Of a stretch of DNA of 64,000 nt, positions 38,434 to 50,272 are shown in pieces; positions within the stretch are counted from its first letter, which is position 1; every line of letters starts with the position of its first letter. The stretch lies in the NCBI GenBank assembly GCA_045837725.1, contig JBEWZL010000106.1:1-64000 (forward strand), in the 5' to 3' direction. Source of the stretch: Vermamoeba vermiformis. Lineage: Eukaryota. The position numbers and the translations under genes were made by a program. Below the pieces are notes generated by a model that did not search any database, had not been told where the DNA came from, and was given only the letters and a program-made list of their open reading frames with translations.

Positions 38434-41198
38434 ATGGGCTGTGTAAAATCTAAAGAGACAGTTGCTTTGGATCCAGTTCATGGTAATATATTATAGACGT
38501 ATATATGCATTTAATGGGACATTGTTGCCAGCTTAATAATAGTTTGCATACGAGAAAATTTAATTTAGTTTTGTATTTTAGTGGATGGCCACGCGATTTT
38601 TAACGGCTAATTTGATTCATATTGTAATTATAATATTATAAAATACCCATAATAATTCACAAAAAACTCATAATGCTGGCCAATCAATGGAAATTCAAAA
38701 TTAAATTTTTCATTGATGCGTTAATTTGACACTAACGTCCTTATTAAATATTAGTAACGCTCGATCATTTCGAAAAGCTACGAGTCGTTGGCAAAGGAGC
38801 GTTCGGCAAGGTAAGCAATCTCATCTTCCCTATCTTTAATGGCGAATCTGCTTTTAGCCCGGCTAATGACATTTGACGTCTATAAAAAATTATATTCATA
38901 GGCCCGAAAATGCTATAATCTCAAATCCTTATTTCTATCTCGTTAGGAGTACCTCCAGGCCTAAAAATTACTGCATTTTTCCTTTGCACTAATTTTATCT
39001 TTAATTAACGCCGTTTTGAAATTTCTAAATGCTGAATCTGCTCATCTAGGTCCACGCCGTTCAACGACGCGATAAGAAAGTGTTATATGCTATGAAAGTG
39101 CTCGATAAACAAGAGCTGATTAATAAGAAGATGGTTTCAAGCGTTTTACGTGAACGAGAATTTTTGGCCCGAATCTCGTACCCGCTCATCGTTAACTTGT
39201 GCTATGCTTTCCAAACAGGTACGTACCGACATAATTATAGCCGTGTATCTCATTAACGCTTCATTTTGCGCAGAGGCGGAGTTGCTAATGATTGTCGATC
39301 TGATGCTCGGCGGTGCACTTCGTTATCATTTAAACCACGACAAACACTTCAGTGAGGATAGGTGCAGGTTCTACGTGGCCCAGACGGCACTCTCATTACA
39401 CTACTTGCATCGTAGAGGATTAGTGCACCGAGATATAAAACCAGACAATTTGCTTTTGGATGCGGAAGGTAAGCAAAAAAAAATTAAAAATAATATAAGA
39501 CGGTAGATCTGTGGCGAATAATTGCTGCGGAACTATACGTACTATTAGATCGTTTTATTTTCGAAGTCGTTCAAATGTTCGCTTGCCTAAAGTAGCAATT
39601 TTATGGGTCTGAAATTTTCTTATGCCTAAAGCGGATCTGATTAATTAAGAACGAGCTAGTTACTGAGATAATAATACTGTCTTATATTGCGATCGTATTT
39701 AATAATATTTTTTTATAACGGCTAGCTCGGATATGATATTCAGGCCAGATCAAGCCTTTTAAAATTATTATTGATTCAATTTAATTATATTTTCGAATCG
39801 GAAGGACTCGCTACGCTTCTTATGAATATATGACGCATTATAATAATTGTTTTGTATTAATAGGTAATTGCCACGTTACCGATTTCAACCTTTCAATCGA
39901 AGTGCCTAAAGGAGGTCTACGAGGGACTGCAGGAACAAGAAATTATATTGGTACGTGCAATATACATATATGTGGCATATATAGCCATTTGGAATAGTAA
40001 ACAAGACTAACAGTTCGTTTTTTTGTCGATCAGCTCCCGAGATCCTGAACCGCAAGCCTTATGGTTTCTCAGTTGATTGGTTCTCGCTGGGCGTGTTATT
40101 ATATGAAATGTTTACAGGACGGGTAAGTATTAGATACCTGTATATAAGCATATTCACACGCGCTACATTCATTTCGAAAACTTGGCTCGTGCAAATCTGC
40201 TCCGTTACGAAATTATTTCGCTGAAAATGCCGTACTATATGATGATAGTACTAATATTATGTTATTTAGTTGCCATTTAGCCAAAGAAAGGATGAAAAAG
40301 AGTTCAAATTCGATACAGATGAGTTGTACTTGCCGAGCTCCACTTCAAAGGGCTTGAAACAAGTATTGTTTGGCGTAAGTTAATATAAATATCCATGATA
40401 TATATTCAATGCTTATATAATATTATTACAGTTATTGGAGCAAGATCCGGCTAAGCGGTTCAATTTTGAAACTTTAAAACAACAAGAATGGTTTGAAGGA
40501 CTCAATTGGGAGGACCTAGAGAATAAGAGAATTAAGCCGCCATTCCAACCCGATCAAGTAAGCACTTTTTTTACTGATTTTTCGTTTTGAAACGGATCCA
40601 GTACGCGCTGGGCATAAATTTAATTATTAATTTATTTTCTTTGAAATTATAATCGGGATGGCATCGCAAGTATTATTGGCGATTTTTAGAAATTATTTGA
40701 AATATTTTTACGCATTACTAAGCGAATTTTGTCGTGGATCCGCGTACCGTACTTTGAGTCCCTAATTCTTATTTGTTAATTCAGAAACACGCCAACTTTG
40801 ACGGTACATTTGACTTGGACGAGCAGTTCGAGACTAAGAAGAAGAAGGTAGCTGTAACAGCTGAGCTGGACGAGCAATTCAAGGGCTGGGACTACAACCC
40901 TGAAGTCGACGGCAAGAAGACTCCCAGACCATTGCTTACCTCTGAGAATAGCACCGATGACATCATCAACGCACCTACAGTAGGCAATTTCGATATGAGC
41001 AATCCTGGTACAGTTCAGTGGCCGGAAACGGATGCGGAAGATGCGCAGATGACGAGCGAATCTGAAGGAAAAAAGAAAGCTAATGGCCAGAATGGTAAAG
41101 CCCAAGCCAATGGAAATGGAAACTCGCAGAGTTCAGTCAGCGAGAGCTCCTCCTCTGGATCTGACTCTGGCTCCGAATCTCCTGTCGAAAACAAATAG
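38434..41198 (+). CDS. AGC kinase, STK32/YANK-like, probably N-myristoylated, multi-exon
   Basis: MGCVKSK start, [52 protein letters not shown], and an AGC C-tail KPPFQP...HANFD. Confidence 0.9.
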
Positions 41199-42348
41199 AA
41201 GATAGAAAGACAAAAACCCAAGTGGCGAGGCTTCATCACTTCGTCATAATGTAATTGAATTAACTTATTTATAAGTAAGTAGCTAATCATAATAACAAGA
41301 TCTTGCCTTCAAAAGTTAGAAATTTAATTGTTAACTCCGTTACACAAATCTGCATTAAATACCAAATCAAATCTCGTTAATATATTTAATTAAATACGAT
41401 TAATTAATGCCTTCCCAAGCCAAACAGTTTCAGTTATTAACGGATTTGTTTATCGTAGATTCGCGAATATCGTCAAGAAAGAAAAAAAATCAATAACTAG
41501 AGCTCTAGTAATATCTGATAATGCATGTATTATACGTTAGAATAAAAACCCTTTATTTATGATTTAAGGGAGTGCATAACGACTAAGAGAACGATCCAGA
41601 TCCTTACAAATACAATAGTTCCGTTGGTACGATATCGGAGTGATTTGTGCTATTATTGTATCATTGTATTACGGCAGAAGCTGCATCGTGTTGGTGAATA
41701 CGTAAAATTTGAATACAACGAGCAAATTTGGCAAGTCTTTCACCACGATGGTGTTTTGAACTTGAAATTTCTGGTTATTCTCTGTGGCCTGTTGGTGATG
41801 CACAGAAGTGGAATATCTTGGGGTACTTTGCGTCGCTCAGCCTTGATTAGTTCCAGAGTGACTGGTGTGCTTCTATGTAATGTAGTGCTCGTAGTGGGTG
41901 TGAAGATGGTAGGGGGAAAGTTTTGGGGGTTTTTTTTCTTTTTTTTTTGGGTTTACCAGGTTTGCCAGTGTGTTTCACTTGAATGGCCAAAGGAATTGAC
42001 TTACTAGTGTAGATGGCAACATCCCACGAAGGCTTTATCACCGTTTCTTAGAACGGCATGCGATTTAGGCTGTAACGAATTACACAGGTGAAACTTACGT
42101 AATTTTTACACACCCGTGTACAGAGTAATGTATTGCACGTGCACGGCAGAGCACCACCGTGTAATTAGAAATAGACCTTAGTTTATTTCGAATAGGCATA
42201 CGGACAGGCGCTCAAACATTCTCAATCACCAATGCTATTGCTTGGTATCAATCTGGACAGACTAGAGAAGTTTTTGGCTTGTGCCGTACAAAAAAACAGT
42301 CCGCTTACTAGTTACAAATGCACACGTTTTATTTACTCGGAGCTTCTT

Positions 42349-45300
42349 CTAGTTCGAGCCCTGAGAGACAGGACGGAAAGGCTTGGTCCATTCACCGACT
42401 GGTTTCTCAGTGGTGTACTGACCTTCTTTGTAAATCAATTGACCGCGCAACCAAGTCTGTTTAACCACGCCGCGCAGCTTCTCGTTGACGTACGGGCTGA
42501 CTTTGTTTTTGAACTGCAAATCTGTTGGTGCCACAGTCCATTCCTCCTCGGGGTCCCAAATCACGAAATCCGCGTCTTTGCCGATAGAGATACTTCCTAA
42601 TTAGGAAATAACGTCAGAAAGGTGCTCACTAACACCAACAAAAATTTCACGTGCAAAAATTTCCAAGTCAAAATATGGTTAGGGTGACACTTTGACGACA
42701 CGCCGGTCTGATCTATTGCCAAATATGGTAATAAATTACCTTTTGTTTGATCAAGTTTGACGAGCTCAGCAGTTTGTAGTGACATCCATCGTGCCAGTTG
42801 ATTAATAGAGCAGCCTCGTTCGCTTGCACGAGTCCACACAGCAGGCAAGCCGAGTTGCAACGAAGCAATGCCACCCCACGCAGACATCAAATCACCGCTG
42901 TCTAACTTCTTCAACTCAGGCACGCAAGGTGAGTGGTCTGAAATAACTTGAGTGATGACACCTGTCAAACAATATGTTAGAATAGTTGAACAATTGCGGT
43001 CCGATCCGGATCTAGCCGAAAAAATTGACACGTGTCATTTGCGCTGAATAATTGATGCATCGTAGTGCGAATAGACCTTTCGGATTACGAGCCGATAATA
43101 CGATTTGAATGCAGGCATGTAATTGTGATGCCAGATCTAAGTGCCTTTCATGAATTACCTTCTTTAAGTGCGTTCCACAACTTTTCTCTGTTTTCCTTTT
43201 CACGAATAGGAGGACAGCATTTGAAGACTGGCGCACTGTCAGGGATCTGTAAAATAAGTATTAGAATCAAAGCGCGATCTGGTATCGGAAAGATTTCATG
43301 AAATTTTGATTCGGTTCGTGAAACAAAGTATCTAGCTAATTTTAGCGCGGTCTTCAGAAAAATCTTGATTGTTCCGCGGATACTGTCGTTCGGAAAATCG
43401 CTCCGATGACCCGATAATCTTCAAGTCATTCCAAATATAGCTATTTCCAAACACAGTAATTGCAATAATAGTGCGGATGATGACTTACGGTTTCAGAAGC
43501 AAAATACAAGTAATGGAAAGTAGTCTCAGCAGTGATATTAACACCAGTAGCCTTAGCACGACGAATCATGTGCACGGCGTCAGATGAAGACAAGTGCACG
43601 ATGTGGCAGTGTTGACCGTACTCTTTGCTCACGTCAATCACGGTCTTGATCGCTTCATTCTCGAACTCGCGCGGTCTGCTGTTCAAGAAGGTCGAGTACT
43701 TTGTGGGCTCCTTAAAATCAATTAATTAGCATAAAAATCGATAGTAGGTCCCGGGAACTATAGTCTATATTAATATCATTGTTCTAAAATTAAATACAAT
43801 CGTAAAATTTCCGCGTCAACAAGACGGATCAGATCCATCAAATTTTCCATATAATTTTGTGCGAGCAATAAAATATAATACAATAATTTTAACTATTTAG
43901 TACTATGTAATTATACTATTAATAATATTGGTATTAAATTGGACTTACCTCGTGAGCGTGAGGTTTGGCCGAGTGACAGGTGTCAACTTCAGCGTGGAAC
44001 ATGTACACGACTGCAAATAAGACAAGGTTAATATACGCTCGAATAGTATCTAGCCGAGGGCTGGGAGATATTATGATGAAATTTACCTGAACGACCGGTC
44101 TTGGCTTCGTGCTCCTTCAACGTCTTGCACGCGAGTTTGATTTGATCTGTTGTCACGTGTGGGAACTCATCCAAGCCACTATAGCACAATAAAAACAACA
44201 TCAATACCGAAAATAACATAGTAGTGCATATATAAGTCGTTCATCGGCAAAGCAGATCTTGATCGGATCCGCTCCGAAAAAATTTAAGGTGGTTCATATT
44301 ACATACAATATTATAGTAGTGTAATTAACTAGCAATGGGGGATAAGCGGAATTAAATTTTTAGGGGCTAGAATTGAGCTGCAAATGAAAATTTTCAGTGA
44401 AGCGCAACACGTACCTGTGAATCATAAAGCACTTGAAGCCGACGACTCCGAGATCGATCATTGGTCCCAATTCTTTTTCGTTGCCGGGCACAATGCCACC
44501 CAACAGTCCGACATCGACCCACAGCTTGTCACGTGTCGAATCGACTTTGATTTTGAGCGCATCCACGGTGGTGGTCACTGGGATGCTGTTCAACGGCATG
44601 TCAACAATAGTAGTGACACCTCCTATATTAGGCAAGTTTAGTTAGTACGGTGACGCTTTTGAGTAATAAAATTTCCTTTTTAGGAAGTCAGATCTAATAA
44701 TTTGCTCACGTAAAAAATTTAACGAGTAAAAAATCCGTAGTTTTGTTATGAGTGTCATTTCATGAATGATAGTTCGTAGTGAGTGTTTGCAAGAATTTAT
44801 GCAAAGATTCGTACCTGCAGCAGCAGCACGTGTTGCGGTTTCAAAGCCTTCCCAAGCAGCTACACAAAAATAATTTTCGTTAGAACTCGTTCCACGCAAT
44901 AAAAATGGTTCATTTGCAATTGACTTCCATATTTAGTATTCGAAGAATAGTTGCAAAGTTTAGTGCTAACGAATTTTTGCAAAGTATTGTTCTTCGATGT
45001 TAAAAAACGTACTGTTGCCAGGCTCGTTGATGTGCACGTGATTATCGACCAATCCGGGCATGACCACGTGATTTCCAGCGTCAATGATGTGTGCATTAGC
45101 GAATTGAGCTCGAAGTGCATCGCCACTAATATCGGTGACTACATCCATTATGACTCCGCCACTAAAAAGGTAATGTAAAGTTTAGAATAATGGCGTCATA
45201 GTTAATAATGATAATAGTGTGCGTATATGTATTACGAGAAATTTACTTTGAATAATTTCTGTGTGGGGTAATATAAAATTGAACTTTATTTGGTAAATCC

Positions 45301-45951
45301 GTCAAAAAATGATGTGCAACCGATTCTATATGAGTAGTTTAAGTTCTATATAATACTTGTGATCGTATTATATTAATAGTATCGAATGACAAATGCTTTA
45401 GAATGATTTTCTGTGGTTAAATCGACAGAGAAATTGTCTCTACGAAAACTCGATAAAAAAATAACGTACAAAGGGGTGGATATCGAAAATGAATAGGAAA
45501 TATGTTATATATATTTTTAGTATTTTATATTATATTTTGTTTGTTTAAGAGGATTATTTTGAAGCGGATCAAAAATAATTACCTGACCGAGACAGCAGCG
45601 GGACCGAGATAATCACCAATTACGACCCGGTCTCCAATGAGAACGAAATCCTAATAAAAAATATGTTAGTAAAAGAATTTGCAGAATTCAGCGATGCATT
45701 AAAAAGCAGATCTCGTAAAAATTATTAAATTTCAATAATTTAGTCTCGGAGAATACCAAAGCGTCATAATACGCAAATCAGCAATTAATATTATGCAGAT
45801 ACTATAAAAATTATAGGGACGCAAATTGGCAACTTGTCGTTGCAGATGTCGGTTGGTTAAACATCCGTATTGAAACACAACGAGTTGAAAATTACAAATA
45901 ATGACAGCCTATATAAATAAATATGCCACTTACGTTGCTAGCAGCGCTCAT
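42349..45951 (-). CDS. Allantoinase (amidohydrolase superfamily), multi-exon
   Basis: [76 protein letters not shown]. Confidence 0.95.
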
Positions 45952-46451
45952 TCGTGACTTGTTGCGTACGTGTTAATTTCACACGAAAATAATAAAACAG
46001 AATCGTTTTTCATTTTTAACGGAACAGATAAAGCACGCGATAATTATATCTTTGTTGGCTTATTAGGTTTTGGTATTTGTGGATGGAGAGCATGCCTTTA
46101 GCGATCTTCAGCTGTAGGAACACATCGAACTCCGGGAGCGTGCACCAAGGCGATGCCGTGCCAAATTAGACGAGAGGCTTAAATAGTTAAAATTGAGAAG
46201 CGAATGCTCTTTGAGGCTCTAACTAATAGTGAGGCTTCCAGGTAAGCATCCGAATTTTTTTTTTTGTTGATGCGAGTTAAACTTTTCTTCACTGAGGTAG
46301 AAATTCCTTTAAACTGCAATAAAATTATAGTAAAACAGTTTTGCGTATTTTCAGGTGTTCGAAGTCCCAAAATATCTTGGTAACGGACATATTTTTTCAC
46401 AGATCAGATCCAGCGAGCCGGAGTCAGACCGATCGAGACCGGCAAGCAAAA

Positions 46452-46547
46452 GACAACATGGCCGAGTGGTCTAAGGCGGCAGACTTGAAAGACCTTCGAG
46501 TTATCTGCTGGGGTCTCCCCGCGCAGGTTCAAACCCTGCTGTTGTCG
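46452..46547 (+). tRNA. tRNA-Ser(UGA) with 13-nt canonical intron (46490-46502)
   Basis: GACAACA/TGTTGTC acceptor stem, GCAGA/TCTGC anticodon stem, TGA at 46486-46488, long variable arm GGGG TCT CCCC, T loop TTCAAAC, G73. Confidence 0.95.
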
Positions 46548-46633
46548 ATACCTTTTTGCCTTCCCCCCCCCCTGGCGCCCCGCACACGAGGGACCGGGGG
46601 CCGGACACCGCTGTTGTCCATACCTTTTTGCCT
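46538..46633 (+). repeat. 24-bp direct repeat of the tRNA 3' end flanking a 48-bp GC-rich insert
   Basis: GCTGTTGTCGATACCTTTTTGCCT (46538-46561) versus GCTGTTGTCCATACCTTTTTGCCT (46610-46633). Confidence 0.85.
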
Positions 46634-47002
46634 CTGGTAGTACCTTCTTGTCCTTTGGACCACATCATGTCCTTGGCTGCATCCACGCACGCGCGTTAAC
46701 CATGTAGAGTCTTTTGCACAACGTTATAATGCTGCAGATAACAGCGATGTAGAATTGGTTGCAGATGCAGATCCGCTTGTAACGTCATGATGGTTTCTGC
46801 CATCATATTCTGGCAATCAGAAGTACTAATGCAAAGAATAGGCGCGCATAATCGTCTGTTGAAATTAATTCTTGTAGAATCCGAGTACGGACAGATCTTC
46901 AAGAAATTTCACAAAAGAATTGGCCCTCAGCAACGATAAAAGCAAAACCGGTTTCGTCGATACTATTCACTCAAAACCTTACCTACGAACACAACTCAAG
47001 TC

Positions 47003-47272
47003 ATGGCTTGTCCCGCAGGCGGAGATCACGATTGGACTTTGCAAACCTACACCGAAGAATACTACCCTCCTCATTCTGGCGAGTGGGGCGGTGTTCAATT
47101 CGGTCATCAATGTTGTCATCAATGCGCTGGCCAAGTCAACCTCGGATTCATCAAGGTTGGCGATGGCAGATGTCATGGCGCATGCGGTGGAGTTTGCAAC
47201 TTCACCAAGAAGAGAACAGCTACTAGGGCCTTATGCAAGAAGTGTGGTACTCTCGGCGCTAAAGCCACTTAA
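47003..47272 (+). CDS. Small Cys/His/Gly-rich protein (89 aa), single exon
   Basis: Clean GC-elevated ORF with 9 Cys (CPAGGDHDW, CCHQC, CHGACGGVC, CKKC), followed by AATAAA. Confidence 0.6.
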   Translation: MACPAGGDHDWTLQTYTEEYYPPHSGEWGGVQFGHQCCHQCAGQVNLGFIKVGDGRCHGACGGVCNFTKKRTATRALCKKCGTLGAKAT

Positions 47273-47522
47273 TATTGTAAATAAAGTCGCTCGTTGAGGC
47301 GAATCCAATAAAACTCGATTTGATGTAATCTGTAGAATCTAGCGAAGATAGTTCTAGACTCGTGATAAGATATTCGGGTAATTCTGTTAATTAGAACTTT
47401 CTGGCTGCCGTTTTGACATTTTTCTTGACAGGCGAAAAGTCGGATGGAAAGTTGCGACAAAAAGTAGTTTATTTTCCGGAACACATTTAAAGCTAAGGCC
47501 ACAGCTCATTGTTTGTATAGCA

Positions 47523-50090
47523 ATGGTCGCTATAATACCCACGTTAGTTGGCCTCGTGGTCGTTTTGATCCTCGCCTTTGTGGTCAAGATGCAGTTGGCC
47601 TTGCGAGGATTCAAGGGCCTCTCACTTATCGGCTGGATGAGGAACAAAAGTAATCCCGTTGATCTTTTTAGCACTATGGTACGCGAGGACCCTGAAGTAA
47701 AGTTCTTGAAGCTGATCTTGCCCGGATTTCCGAGTCTCGTCGCTGTGCACCCCGAATCCGCTAAGGTTAGTCGCATAAAAATATTACCAAATTATTGTGC
47801 ATATTACTGTAGATTTTAATGTTAATATGATCGATTATTTTGCAATTCTGATTTTTTAGCAATTTACTTGTCATCAATCAATGGATTGCCATTCTCATTT
47901 ACCGTTTTTTTATCAATCTATTGCTAATTATTATTATTTAATTTAGTGGGTGCTTTCTCAACCGGATCTATTCGTTAAAAATCAAGTATCGATCAATCCA
48001 AAATTTGACTCGTTGTTTTTACACAATGTAGTCAACGCAAACGGCGAAGAATGGAGGTAATAACAACATATATTATTATCAACCATACTATAGATAATCT
48101 ATCCTTATGTTCGAATATCCAATGAGATTCAAAATCAGATCAGAATTTAACGCGATGAAATCTAAAAGCGTATAATATTTATAATATTGTTAGTTTACTT
48201 ATATATTAATCAGCATATCTATATATTAAATTCGTATTTGCGACCATTTTACCAGGTCACGTAACGCTGTTGTAAAAATCCTGATCATTTTTTCCTAATA
48301 TAGAAAGTTCCGAACGCCGTTAACCCCGCCATTCGCCTTCGATATGGTTAAGGGCTGGGTCGATGACTTTGCATTCTACGCGAAGAGATTGATGAACTAC
48401 TGGCACGAGAAAGTTCGCGAAGGACATCCAACGGTGGATCTGCTCTTTTGGTTGCCTGTGTTTACTTTGGATGTGCTTGGCCACACCGCATTTAGTTATG
48501 ATTTTAAAGCTATTAACTCCGAAAAAGACGAGAACTTAAAGGCACTTCAATATGTCTTGCACGCGTTCGAGGACAAAGTTCAAATGATGATCTTAGTGGT
48601 ACGTGAGCAAATAATTCGTAATTTGATACAGTTTCATGAAATTTATTCCGTATATAGTAATTTAATTACCAACGAAAGTCTCGCAAACTAAGCAAAGAGA
48701 AATTTAAATAATATTTTAAAGATGATCAGATCTAACTATTAGACTAGCTTTATTAATCATAATCGTTATTATAGCTCGAAATGGTCACGAAGATATCATT
48801 AAGCAAGAAATTTGCAAAAGAATGTTTGCGGCTTCAAAATTTCATCGGCAAGATTATCGAGCAGAAGAAAAATGGCGCTGAAAAACCAGATAACTCGCGA
48901 TTGGATATTGTGGATACTATGATTAAGTCTGGATTTACTAACGATGAGGTAAATATAGATTTATATTAACTACTGATTAATTCAACAAAATAGGAAATTT
49001 ACATTTTTGTCAGATCTTACTGTCAAATTCATCTGTGTGACAACAAATGATGTTAATAATAATTATTATATAGATTACTTCGAACGCATTCGTTTTATTC
49101 GTCGCTGGTCATGAAACGACTTCTACGGCTTTGACTTGGATGTTTTATCATCTGGGAACTCATCCTGAAATGCTTCAGCGAGCCATTGACGAAGTTAAAA
49201 CCAATTTGAACGGCAATACTGTCACATACGAAAGCTTTAAACAGGTAAGAAACAATTTGGTCTAAATTTGGATGCATCCGCAAAATCATCCAAAATTGAA
49301 TTTGTTTCTTTTATGAAATTCGCGCTGAATTACCTTCGGAAAAATTGTACCCATTATAGCAACGTTATTAACAATATTTTAGCTGCCGTACATTCAGATG
49401 TTGATTAAAGAAAACATGCGATTGCAACCACCTGCTTCTATGCTTGTTTCGCGCGTGGCTAAAGAAGACACTGAATATGAAGGTCATCGTATTCCTAAAG
49501 GCGTAAGTTATTAACGAACGTTAATGATTCAAATTCATAATCCTATTTTGGATGCGATCCAGTACGCGAACTTGATCAAGTAATTTTAAACTAGAGGTTA
49601 ATAATGACTTCATATATTCCTTACAGACTATGGTCGGTCTTGGAATTAAAGCAATCCATCACCATCCTGGCTTTTACGAGAATCCTGAAGAGTTTAATCC
49701 TGAGCGCTTTGATCCTGCCAAGAAACAACCACATCCGTTCGCCTACTTGCCTTTCTCATTGAAGTCTCGCGCTTGGTATGCATCACTTTTGATTTTAGTT
49801 GCGCTTCATGAATAGTATCTCGTATTTAAAATCTCCTGGGCTCAAAGGAATAATTGCTCAAATTTATCGTCCATTTTTAGCGAATCTTCGGGCAGCATTA
49901 ATTCTTCCTCATGCATCCGCTAACGGTTAAAATTTAGTTTGGGCAATCAATTCTCGTTAGTTGAGCAAACTGTATTCGTTGCAACGTTGTTACAACACTT
50001 CAAGTGGTCGATCGGCGAGTACAAATTACGCGAAGGAATGACTGCGTTGAACGGACCTGCTGTAGCTACTATTAAGTTAGAAGAGCTTAA
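47523..50090 (+). CDS. Cytochrome P450, multi-exon
   Basis: N-terminal anchor, I-helix FVAGHETTS, K-helix KENMR, NPERF, and spliced heme motif FSLKSRAC|LG. Confidence 0.95.
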
Positions 50091-50272
50091 TAATACTAAA
50101 TAAAAAGATTTTTGGTGTTTTAATGAAGCGAATCTGGTTGCGCAAAATTACATCGCAAAATAAATTTGTGTCATCCAGATCCTAGCACGATCTAGTACCT
50201 CCAACAACATCAATATGAGCACTTAACATTATATTTATCTTATTTATTACCAAAACACGAAGTTCAAGGCAG

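Noticed and set aside
39440-39470. Alternative genetic code (UUG reassignment)
   Set aside because: TTG occurs at conserved Leu positions, and genes end at standard stop codons.
41600-42120. Possible small spliced gene on the minus strand
   Set aside because: Splice-like signals are present, but I could not build a convincing reading frame.
46341-46686. ORFs 46341-46640 and 46501-46686
   Set aside because: They are translations of the tRNA-Ser gene and its duplicated 3' end.
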